From Paecilomyces variotii (Eukaryota), in NCBI GenBank assembly GCA_004022145.1, contig RCNU01000018.1: a stretch of 64,000 bases of DNA; one strand, written 5' to 3'. Shown in pieces: positions 25,642 through 35,695 of the stretch (positions are counted from its first letter, which is position 1; each line of letters opens with the position of its first letter). The position numbers and the translations under genes were made by a program. The notes under the pieces were generated by a model, which saw nothing but the letters and a program-made list of their open reading frames with translations, was not told the origin of the DNA and did not search any database.

Positions 25642-28600
25642 CTAACGATTCGTCGTGACGTAGTAGAGGATCAGGTTTTTCTGTTGACGGTTGGCGTCAA
25701 CAGCCCTGAAAAAGGCGTCTTCGTTGGCGAAGACGCCGAAAAGAGGGACGCAAAGGTCCATTACCCCCTTTCGTACCTCGGGGTCTTTGTCTGAGAGGTT
25801 GGAACGAGTGAACGAGGCCACTCGTTCCAACAGCGGCTGCTGGACTGCCGTCTTTGTCATGGCGCAGTCGCGGAGGAGCATCGTTAGGACCCAGATGCCC
25901 ATGTTCACCGCGCGGAGACCTTCTCGGTCCCGCTTCTCCGTCTCGATCTGGTCGAGGACGGCTCTTATCATGCGGTGTCCGTCGCGGGTGTCGACGACGA
26001 AGTCTTCAAAAGTTTCTTCCAGTCCGCTGACGATGTAATGAGTTGCGTCGTAGTATTTCCGAGCCTTGAGCATTGCCGTCGTGGCAGTCGGGTAATACGG
26101 GGCAAACTGTTCGCGTCCGAACATGTATATGACACGGATCGTCACTAGAATCTGGACCTTGATGTCCAGGGCGGCCGGTAGCTTTGATGTAGGGGGCTTT
26201 TCGAGAGCGGAGAACAAGGCAAGGAGCAAGAGCATGTAGAGGTGATCGGTGTCAGCGTTTTCCCCTGGGTTAAACATGGACTCATGGAACTTGATGAGAC
26301 CTTGGATTTTGCGGTAACCGTATACGTCGAGCTTATTGTCCTTGATTTTGGTGATTCCTTTCTCCAGGATTTCTCGGGCCGCGGCAGGATCTTTCGAGCG
26401 CGGACTGATACTCTTGCATCTGTGTGCAAATTCGAGTCTGATCCAGCTCTCACGGTTCGCTCTAGAAGTCGGGTTTGAAGTCGGGTTTGAATCTGGGTTC
26501 GAAGCGGCGCGCAAGGATAGTGATGAGAGACGGAGTGAGGAGTCGTTCAGAGAACGTTCTTCCAAGGGGCTCGAAATCGTCCGACACGGCGTGGACAGAC
26601 TGCTGTGATCGGGGCCCATGTTTTCGTTTTGCATCTGTTGCATACGTTGGAGACGTTCAGGACGAAGGAGGAATGGTGAAGGTGTGTCATTGAGGATGAG
26701 TTTATCCTCAGAGAACTCGAAAGATTTGGCAAGGTCGTTTGACTGTGAGTCTTCGTATACCTTGACCGTCTCAGGGTCCATAGTGTCTGCCTCAAGCTTT
26801 AGCTCGGGCTTTTCAACCGTCGTGACCGTCTGAAGTTCCATAGTGTCTGCCTCAAGCTTTAGCTCGGGCTTTTCAACCGTCGTGACCGTCTGAAGTTCCA
26901 CAGTGTCTGCCTCGGGCTTTAGCTCGGGCTTTTCAACCGTCGTGACCGTCTGAAGTTCCATAGTGTCTGCCTCGGGCTTTGCCTCTGGCTTTTCGATTGT
27001 CACCGTCTCATATTCCATGCTGTCGACCTCGGGCTTTGCCTCTGGCTTTTCGACTGTCGTCACAGTATCGGTCGACTGGAAACCACCAAGTCTCTTTGGC
27101 TTGGTGGTGGTGGTGGCAGTAGTTGGCGCCGAGTCCGTTGTGGACTTCGGGCGCACTGGATTCGAGGACCTCGCAGTTGGTGTCACTGGGCGGAATGTCT
27201 CAGGACGGGTGGTGGTGGTGGTGGTAGGCGCCGAGTCCGTTGTGGACTTCGGGAGCACAGGATGTGAGGGCCTCGTAGCCGGTGTCACTGGGCGAGATGC
27301 TTCAGGACGACGAGGCTTCAGAGCTGGTCGCATAGGTGCAGATGATAAAGAAGAGGTAGGAGCTGCAGCAGAAGGTGCGTGCTTCGCATCGGGTGTCGCC
27401 TTGGACGCAGCCGCCATCTTGGCCTTCCTCTGAGCCGCGATAGCCTCCTTCAGCGAAGTGCGGGTTGGTGCAGCAGAAGTGCTTTTCGAGAACGCAGGTC
27501 GTGCTTGATCAGAAGTCGACAGCGATGGTTCGCCATGGTTCGGATTCGCTGGGTCCTTCTCCAGCAACGACCTCGATTTCGAATCTAGAGTAGAGAGTAT
27601 TCTAGTGTCCTATGGTCAGCAACCGCAAATCAACGAACCTTCAGGGAAGAGACAAAAGACTTACTCATTGGCCCTGTCCGGCCACACCGCGTAGAAGGCC
27701 CAGAAAGTTCCCCGCATCCCCTCTCGGACGCCCGGGTTGGCATCAGCCAGTCCTTTCTTGATACACTTCTCCAAAAGGTCGAGTCCGCCTCCGTGTTCGA
27801 CCGAGGCCTTGTGTTGGGCTTGTTTCTGTATCAGAGTCTTCAGCCAGCCCGTGACAAACAAACGCGGCTGGGTGTTCTTGTCCTGGCAGGCGAGCCACAG
27901 GTGCTGCAGGAGACGGGGGGTGTATGAAACATGAGCGATGATCGCGTCGACAGTGACTTTGCCGTTGTGAGCAGAGATCTTCTTGATGATCGCGCACATC
28001 TTGATCATGTTTTGCATGAGTATTTCAACCATGTGGTCGATTCCGGGTCCGTTGACTCGGGCAAGGTCTTGGATAAGGAGGCATCCGGCAGTAGACAGAG
28101 TCGTTCTGAGGGAGTTGACCGTCTTGAGGATGCCGTCTAGCAGGGTCTTGATGGCGGCAAGGTACTGCTGAGGGTAGGTGTGAGGTGCGTTGCCTCGCGT
28201 TAGTCTGCGAAGCGTCATGACATGCTTCTCGCGGAGAGTCCAGTTCTGTTCCGACTCTCTTCCTTCAAAGTCGGGAGTCATCTCGCGCGTCATGTCGTCG
28301 ATTTCGCGATGGGAATGGATGTAGAGAGGGTCGATCTTTTCGCCCTCGTCGGTCTCGATAGGAGCCGCGGCAGCAGAAGTCGTGAGCGAATCCATGCTCC
28401 GACTCTGAGATAAATTCTGAGGAGGTAAGGGCGCCGGCCGTCCCAGCTCACCCCTGCGTGCTGTCGCTGCACGCGCTGCCAACGCACGCTTTTCCAGGAT
28501 GTCGATCGAGTCTTCGCGCGGCATTTTGAACGGCAGTTGATGGGTAGGTGTATCACATCGACAGTTGGAAAGAGTCGAGAGGACCGATTCAGGACGTGGC

Positions 28601-29950
28601 ATCGACATGGCCGACGTCGACATGCTCGTCGAGACGCCCGACATGGCCGACATGACCGACATGACCGATGCTGGACGTGGAATCTCCTCGGGAGCACGGT
28701 GTGAAAAGCTGCTTTCCGGTCTTAGTGCAGAATCGAGTCGAGGCTGGGAATCGACACGAGGTTGTGGATCGATAGTCATAGTTGCCTTCGTCGTGGGAGC
28801 ACGGTGTGAAAAGCTGTTTTCCGGTCTTAGTGCAGAATCGAGTCGAGGCTGGGAATCGACACGAGGTTGTGGATCGATAGTCATAGTTGTCTTCGTCGTG
28901 GGAGCACGATGTGAAAAGCTGCTTGCCGGTCTTAGTGCAGAATCGAATCGAGGCTGGGAATCGACACGAGGTTGTGGATCGATAGTCATAGTTGCCTTCG
29001 TCGTGGGAGCACGGTGTGAAAAGCTGCTTGCCGGTCTTAGTGCAGAATCGACACGAGGTTGTGGATCGATAGTCATAGTTGTCTTCGTCGTCGTCGTGGT
29101 CGTCGACATCTCTTGGTCGACGGATCCATCGAGGTCAATGCTGTTGATGATTGCAGTGGCAATAGACTTGCGGACATTTAGAAGCGTCAGTTGCTTCTTG
29201 AGATCAGACTTGGCTCGTGGGGGTGCGGTCCTGTCATGTCCGGTTAGTGAGTGACGAGGAGGAGACAAGGGGTCAGTGGGTCGACGACGACTTACTGGAA
29301 GAGTTCAATGACAGTAGCCTTGGCGGTGTCTCTAACACCACTGTCTGCATCCTCCAAACAGGCAACCAGCCGGCCAACATGGTTCTTGAAAAGCAGACCG
29401 TACTGCTTGGTCATCTGTAATACAATGACATGTGAGTGAGTACAAAGTTCAAGTTCCAAATGAGGAAGGAGGGTATCTCGGGGAAGGCTCCTACCGTGCT
29501 AAGCCAATTCATGGCCGTTTCCTTCGCGCGCGGGTTCTTTCCCGTCAGTGCAACCTCGAGCACATGGTGTTCGACATCTGCGCCTGCCGCTGACCAGAGT
29601 TCGGTGAATGCTTGGGCCGCCTGCGCGCGGACCCGTTCCTTGTGATCGCCGAGGCGTTCGAGGAGCAGCGGGTAGAGATAGCGGCTCTGAAGGACGACTG
29701 CATGTTGCTGTTGCTGGATTCCGAGCCGTTTGAGGAGATGACCGAGAGCCGAAAAACCAGCACCGGAGAGAGAGGTGTGGGGGGAAGCTATGGCCTGCTT
29801 CACGCTGTCGAAGATGGGAGTAATGGCGGATTCTGGCACGTTCTTCTGTTTGATCTCAGACTTCAACGCAGTCATGTGGGTGACTTTGGTGTCGACGGAA
29901 GCATTGCTGTTCCTGAGGATGGCCAGGAGCTCGATCGCCTTGGCCTCCAT
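25642..29950 (-). CDS. stu1: Stu1/CLASP microtubule-associated HEAT/TOG protein, 4 exons, with internal tandem repeats
   Basis: Exons 29950-29495, 29414-29296, 29230-27665, 27601-25642 (GT-AG, frames join). N-terminus MEAKAIELL..LLERLGDHKERVRAQAAQAF; CLASP_N segment FEGRESEQNW..NSLRTTLST..KGLADANPGVRE; C-terminal HEAT-like region. Confidence 0.9.
26778..27070 (-). repeat. 60-bp coding tandem repeat (20-aa TVTTVEKPELKLEADTMELQ), ~5 copies
   Basis: Near-identical 60-nt rows at 26781-26960, followed by degenerate copies. Confidence 0.9.
28691..29092 (-). repeat. 105-bp coding tandem repeat (35-aa TTKATMTIDPQPRVDSQPRLDSALRPESSFSHRAP), 3 full + 1 shortened copy
   Basis: GGAGCACG anchors at 28691, 28796, 28901, 29006. 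Confidence 0.92.
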
Positions 29951-30460
29951 GATGGTCAACAGGCAGGTCAGCTCTTCCGGCTTAGCGAAGAGCACATAGA
30001 TCAGGGAGAAGACCAGAAGGTAGAAGAAGAACTTGAACGGGTTGAGGGAGATGATGAGGGTGACAACCAGCGCTCTCGACACTGGGTTGAGTGGGAGAGA
30101 GACTCTGTCAACGTCCATTGTGGAGTTAGCAAGAGGTCAGAGAGAAGAGAGAAGATGGAGAAGAGTGCGATGACACAGAAGTGTGAAAGCAGAAGTTGTT
30201 TTCGAAGCAGATGAAGCAGAAGCTGTTTTCGAAGCAGAATTCGAAGCAGAAGCTGTTCGACGCAGAGAAAAGTGGTGGTGAAGAGGGAAGAATCAGAGAC
30301 AGCGGGGGGATCTCGAGACGGGGGATATATACCCCCCAAACACTGCGCATGGAGGAAGGAGCACATACCGATGCTGTTGAGGATGATACTGCGATCGCAG
30401 GGAAAGAGGTCGCCGTGGTGGTGAGCGATAGAGGCAGGCGAGTGACGGGGTGGAGGGGAG

Positions 30461-30514
30461 GTTGAGGAAGTTGAGGAAGTTGAGGAAGTTGAGGAAGTTG
30501 AGGAAGTTGAGGAA
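30461..30514. repeat. (GTTGAGGAA)x6 tandem repeat upstream of stu1
   Basis: Six exact 9-bp units. Confidence 0.9.
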
Positions 30515-31724
30515 GCTGTCGAGGGGAAGTGGGAGGAAAGAAAGAAAGCAGTTGCGTCGGAGAACGGAGAGAGTGGGACGTGCACTGCCGGGGGGGGTTA
30601 ATTAGTTAGTGAGTTAGCGCAGGAGCGATAAACGATAAGCGCGCCGTTAGTTAGTTACAGTAAAACAGTACAGTACCTAGATCATTCGATCGCCCAGGAC
30701 GAGATCCGACCAGTTCAGTTCTGTTCGCAAGATAGAGTCTGTCAGAGATCTCGTTTTTTATTTTTATTTTCCCACCCGTCTACTTGGTTTGTTTATGTTT
30801 ATGTTGTTGTCTGGGTGTTTCCGCGTACCGTAGACTGACTGGGCTGTTGAACCGTGGTTGGGCTGCCGGGCAGCACGAGCAGTTCGGAACGGGAAGGACC
30901 GCAGAGAACGAAGAAGCAATGGCAGCACAGCGACAGAGGGGAGGGTAAGTTGCTGCTCGTAGTGATCGAGAGGATGCTAGCATCTGAAATGTCTTCTCGA
31001 TGAGTAGATAGATAGAGAAGCGAAAAAAGAAAAAAAAAAAGGCTAGAGTACAGATCTCGACGAAATGAGGGACCGACATACTCGGACTAGAATATATATA
31101 TATATATATATATATATTCCCCACAGCCTCATCTGCCCCTCCACACACGTACCTACAGTGAATAATGCGACGAATTCCCTCCACGACTTCATATCGACCA
31201 TGTCGCACCTGCCTTGACTGTGAGCGATACCATAAACAGTGTCGTAATCCTCAGCATCTCTCTACATCCCCCGTACGAATGGTCTACAGACGTTGAGTGG
31301 AAGTCCTATACAACACAATACCATACGTAGAGTATTAATTATGATTAGCTTCGTCTGGATGATCGACGGCAGGGTCAGCCCTGTGGACCAAGAAGTAATC
31401 CTTCATCCACCGTCATTGGCCCGGAGAAGCGACTGGCGTTACTTAGATCGAGTGCCGTATCTTTTTCACCCCAGAGTCCAGACTTCGATCTGCGCGTGTA
31501 TTTGGGTTAGAGATTCAGGTACTGGTAGACCAAATCGGAGTTATCCTTTTTGGTCGACTGGCTAGCATGTCTTCCTGGCGCCTCTAAGACGAGGGTTCGA
31601 ATCCCGCGACTGCAGAATAGAATTTCTAGCTGCCAGATTAACTCACTTAAGTTAGGTGCCCAAAAGAGTTTAAATGCAATGAAGGAGATTCAATGATCCG
31701 GGCGTCATCCATTGATCGCATAGT

Positions 31725-32000
31725 TAGGGATGGCATTTGAAATTCAAAATTTCAGAAATTTCATGAAATTTGGGGGTCTGAATTTCATGAAATGAAATGT
31801 GTGAAATTTTGAAATGTTACTAATCAATTAGTAACTACCTAACTGAATTATTATTAGCTGATTTGCTCTCCGCGTTTCCTAATTTGTAATAAGCGCGCCC
31901 CATTTATGGTCCGTGCGTTTCGAATTTCGAAACGAAAAAAAGGGTTGAAATTTCACGTTTCGTGAAATTGACCCCCCATTTCAATATTTCACCATCCCTA
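31725..32000. mobile_element. Non-autonomous hAT-superfamily MITE, 276 bp
   Basis: TIRs TAGGGATGG (31725-31733) and CCATCCCTA (31992-32000). Perfect 8-bp TSD CGCATAGT at 31717-31724 and 32001-32008. Many subterminal GAAAT(T)/AATTTC motifs; no ORF. An 8-bp TSD and TAGGGATG ends are hallmarks of hAT (Ac/Ds-like) elements. Confidence 0.92.
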
Positions 32001-32144
32001 CGCATAGTTAGTTTTATAGCAGTCAAACTGCGGAGTTTATTTACTCTATTATTGACTCCTATTTTTACTATATGATCTGACCTGCCATCTCTCCTCTCAG
32101 CTGTCTACTTAACTATTATACCCCGCAATCGCTGAATTCACATT

Positions 32145-33104
32145 ATGACTACCGCTGCTGCGACGCCAATTCCTGTCCGGCCATCCAAGTCGGAGACAGA
32201 CAACAATAAGAACAACAACAACAACAACAACAACAGCCCTGCAGTGCCCTCGCCTACGCTGCGCCTGCACATCCAGGACCTGCACCATCCCGCCGCCAGC
32301 GCCTTCCTCCGCCTGGTTCCTGACCTCGCTGCCGTGCTCGACACCGCGCTGGCCCAGATCATCACGCACCTGTACAGTCCTCCCAGTCACAGCAGCAACA
32401 ACGCATTTACTCCCTCAATTCCCCCAACTCGCTCTGTGACCATCATCCTGCGCGACTTCAGCGGCGTCGCCTACACCACCGGAACCGACCTCGACAACGA
32501 CCACAAGGAAATCCACTTCTCCCTCTCCTACATCCGCACCGCCACCACCACCTACCCCGATCCCCGCAAGGAACTCGTCGGCGTCCTCACTCACGAACTC
32601 GTCCATTGCTACCAGCACACCGCCCCTCCTCCTTCTTCTTCTTTTCCATCCAACACCTCCCCAAACGAGAATAACGACCATCTCCGCCCCCCAGGCGGTC
32701 TCATCGAAGGTATCGCCGATTTCGTCCGTCTCAAAGCCCACCTCGACCCTCCCCATTGGAAACGTCCCTCCAGCGCAACAGACCGGCCAGATCGCTGGGA
32801 TGCCGGCTATCAACATACCGCTTTCTTCCTCGCATGGCTTGAGGACGTGCGTGTTGGTCAGGCGGCGATCGGTCGATTGAACGATCGACTCTTTCGTGTG
32901 GGGTATGTTGGAGATGATAATGATAATGGTAATGGTAAAGGTAATGAGAATGAGAATGATTCAAGTAAAAGGAATAATGGGTTCTGGAAGGCGTTGTTTG
33001 GAGTGGATATTGCGGATCTCTGGGATGAATATGGTCGGTATCTAGATGGCGGCAAGACAAGAGTTGAGGAGAATTGGGAAGAGGAGATTGTGAATCCAGA
33101 GTGA
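32145..33104 (+). CDS. BSP/PBSP (basic secretory protein) family zincin-like peptidase
   Basis: GVAYT, HELVHCYQ (HExxH), GGLIEGIADFVRL, WDAGYQHTAFFLAWLE, LWDEY; poly-Asn near the N-terminus. Confidence 0.8.
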   Translation: MTTAAATPIPVRPSKSETDNNKNNNNNNNNSPAVPSPTLRLHIQDLHHPAASAFLRLVPDLAAVLDTALAQIITHLYSPPSHSSNNAFTPSIPPTRSVTIILRDFSGVAYTTGTDLDNDHKEIHFSLSYIRTATTTYPDPRKELVGVLTHELVHCYQHTAPPPSSSFPSNTSPNENNDHLRPPGGLIEGIADFVRLKAHLDPPHWKRPSSATDRPDRWDAGYQHTAFFLAWLEDVRVGQAAIGRLNDRLFRVGYVGDDNDNGNGKGNENENDSSKRNNGFWKALFGVDIADLWDEYGRYLDGGKTRVEENWEEEIVNPE

Positions 33105-33659
33105 CGGTATGTATTTGATTGGCTTGTCATGACTGAGAGAAGCATTTCGTAGGTAAGTTGGCAGTAGTATCTCGATCTATAGGATATCTAGACATTGGTA
33201 TTCATTCCTACTTCCTTCCACTGGGCTATTCCATAGTACTGTACTTCATTCATGAACCACCATCGCCCAACAAGGGACAGAAGCTGGAGCGGAGAGCAAC
33301 CGAGGATAGAAAAGAAAAGAAAAGAGGAAAGAGAATTGGATTTTTGCCCATACTGTACAGCATCTCGTTGCAGATTTCAGTTTATAGAAACATGGTTGAC
33401 ATAATAGATATAAAAAAAATTTGTTAACAGACAGAGCGCAGATCTTGTCGGCTCCGTTTGATGATGCCCTGGCTCCCCGGTCCCCAATGATGAAATTTGC
33501 CAATCAATGTACCGTCAATAAAAAACATAGGCATAGATGGATGCAATGCACGCATGCATGCACGCAGGGTAAAAAGCGCCGTTGAGGTATCCTCGGGGAG
33601 AGCCAATGGGGCGCGCCGTTCGTTGGAAAACACACTTAATATGCCGCTCAGCCAAAATC

Positions 33660-34871
33660 TTACACAATCACCTCGCCCAGATCCACGTGCACCGGCTTCC
33701 ATGGCTTCGCTCCCTCTTCCTCCATCGAGCTGGGCACTCGCACGTGCAGCGGACTGTACAGATACCAGCCCTTCAGAGCAGCAACCGCCGCCCGGAATCG
33801 AGCCTCCACCAAACTGGCGCCGGATCCCTCGCCCAGCTTGTCCTTGCCGGAGAAGATGCCCACCACGAACACGGGGTGTCGACTCTTACGACCAGTCTCG
33901 CTCAGGATCTTGGCCACCGGGCGTTCGAAGTTCTCGCGGGCGCACAGCCGTGCCAGGTCGCGCGTCGGCTGCGAGAAGTTGAAGAGTCCGGCAATGTCGA
34001 GGTGTCGGGACAGGAAGTGCTCCTGGAAGAAGCGCTTAGCGGCCGGACGGCCAGCGTGCACATAGATGGCTCCCATCACCGCCCGGACAAACGTAGCGCT
34101 CGCCTGCTCGGCGGTGATGCCCTTCAGGCTCTGCGGGTCGGGGATGACTGGCGTCTCCGCAGGGTCCGTCGGGGCCTTGGACGGGTCACCGAACTCATCA
34201 TCGTAGACCACCCGCGAGGTCATCGATTTTCTCCACGACTTGCGGTCGTCGTTGGGTCTCGTCGTGCCCGTGACAGGTTCCGCATCCAAGTCGGTGTCTG
34301 GCGGAACCCTCTTGAACTGCAGCAGACCCGGGTCGACTTCTCCACCAGGGACCGCAGCCAATTCCACACCCCATTCTCGTGCCATTGCTGCCAGAGACTT
34401 AGGGCCCACGTAGGCATACATCGCGGCGAAGACGACGGTCAACGGAAGTCGAGGGTATGTGCAAAGGAGGTGTTCGGAGGTATAGTAGGTGAGGAGGTCA
34501 TGACCGAGAGTGGCCAACGACTCGTTATTGAAATCGGGGTTAGGATCGGCGGAGGCATCGACGAGGGCGCGAGCCAGCGTCTCGAGAGGTAGTCGTGAGG
34601 GGAGATAGAGTCGGGCATGTAGGGCGGCCAGTTTGGCTGAGTCGCGTGCTGCCTCTACCGGCGGCGAAGGGAACAGAAGTCGGGACTGTCTCGAGTGTGC
34701 CGGCGGAACAGGCGGGTAGTCGACATCTAATTGATCCTCCTCGATTGCCAGAGCCGGCGAAGCTGAAGACTGATATCGCAGACCGACAGAAACATATTGC
34801 AGGCGGTTAACGGGCCTGACCCGCGGCGAGAGAACCGAACCGCTCCATCGCAGGAGCTGCAGCCTCTTCAT
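33660..34871 (-). CDS. MRPL3: Mitochondrial large-subunit ribosomal protein mL44 (MRPL3), RNase III-like + dsRBD
   Basis: Arg/Leu-rich presequence; NNESLATLG; FVRAVMGAIY; ILSETGRKSRHPVFVVGIFSGKDKLGEGSGASL. Confidence 0.88.
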   Translation of the reverse strand: MKRLQLLRWSGSVLSPRVRPVNRLQYVSVGLRYQSSASPALAIEEDQLDVDYPPVPPAHSRQSRLLFPSPPVEAARDSAKLAALHARLYLPSRLPLETLARALVDASADPNPDFNNESLATLGHDLLTYYTSEHLLCTYPRLPLTVVFAAMYAYVGPKSLAAMAREWGVELAAVPGGEVDPGLLQFKRVPPDTDLDAEPVTGTTRPNDDRKSWRKSMTSRVVYDDEFGDPSKAPTDPAETPVIPDPQSLKGITAEQASATFVRAVMGAIYVHAGRPAAKRFFQEHFLSRHLDIAGLFNFSQPTRDLARLCARENFERPVAKILSETGRKSRHPVFVVGIFSGKDKLGEGSGASLVEARFRAAVAALKGWYLYSPLHVRVPSSMEEEGAKPWKPVHVDLGEVIV

Positions 34872-35185
34872 CTGGGGATTTCGTGCGCCTGCCGCACCCT
34901 AGAATCAATGAGGAATGGAAGAAAAAAAGGACGGCCAGAACGTTGAAGAGGATGGCAATCGACGGAGCGTGTTCGGCGATGCTCTTCTCTCGTCGAAAAA
35001 AGTGTCGAGCTTCGCTGGAAGTCACGGGGAGAAAAGGACCGGACGGCGCTAGGCCGTTTCGAGCACTAGCCGACCTGCCGCGGGAAGTTGGACATCGACG
35101 CTCTCTCGACCTCACGGACGACGAACCTCCCACACATCCACCCCGTTTCCCTCGACCGATTGCATTCATCCAGCCCGTTTTCACC

Positions 35186-35592
35186 ATGGGAGGAGGCGGC
35201 AAGATCTAGTACGTTTCAATGACCCCTCATTGCCGCACAATTCCCCCGGCGTTGGCCCGTTGGTGTGGTGCGCTAACAGTTCTCTCCGCAGTTATCCCAA
35301 GGAAGTCTGGTCTCCTGCTGGAGGCTGGTACGCCCAGCCTGGCAACTGGAGGGCCAACACTGCTGCGATTGGCGCCGTCATCCTTGGAATCTCAGTCTTC
35401 ACATGGAGCCTCAGCGCTGAGCGGGAATACCGCGACAAGATGCCCGAGCCCGGCCGATTCTTCCCCAGTCGCTAGTCAGTCGCACCCTACCCCTCAGATT
35501 GTTCCATCGCATACATACTCACCCGTCTCCTTTCTTTCAGCTGGAGCAAGCAGATTATCGAACACGAGAAGGCCACGAAGGAGTCGTCATAG
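35186..35592 (+). CDS. Small complex I accessory subunit (fungal NUUM-like), 3 exons
   Basis: Exons 35186-35208, 35292-35474, 35541-35592 give MGGGGKIYYPKEVWSPAGGWYAQPGNWRANTA-[TM]-..PSRYWSKQIIEHEKATKESS. Head-to-head with MRPL3. Confidence 0.75.
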
Positions 35593-35695
35593 AAGAGAGA
35601 AGTTCTGGTGCGGGGATGACAACCGGCAGTTGTTGATATCATATCGTGGGCTGTACAACAGGAATAAACAGGCTATGGACAATGAATTGATTTGA

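Noticed and set aside
30921..30951. ATG plus short exon and GTAAGT donor on the plus strand (MAAQRQRGG)
   Set aside because: No convincing branch point, acceptor or downstream coding exon found.
1..31000. Starship or other large mobile element carrying the siderophore cluster and stu1
   Set aside because: No tyrosine-recombinase captain, transposase or boundary repeats in the window; flanking genes are housekeeping.
31480..31614. Intact tRNA gene
   Set aside because: No acceptor-stem complement or D-arm; kept only as a B-box relic finding.
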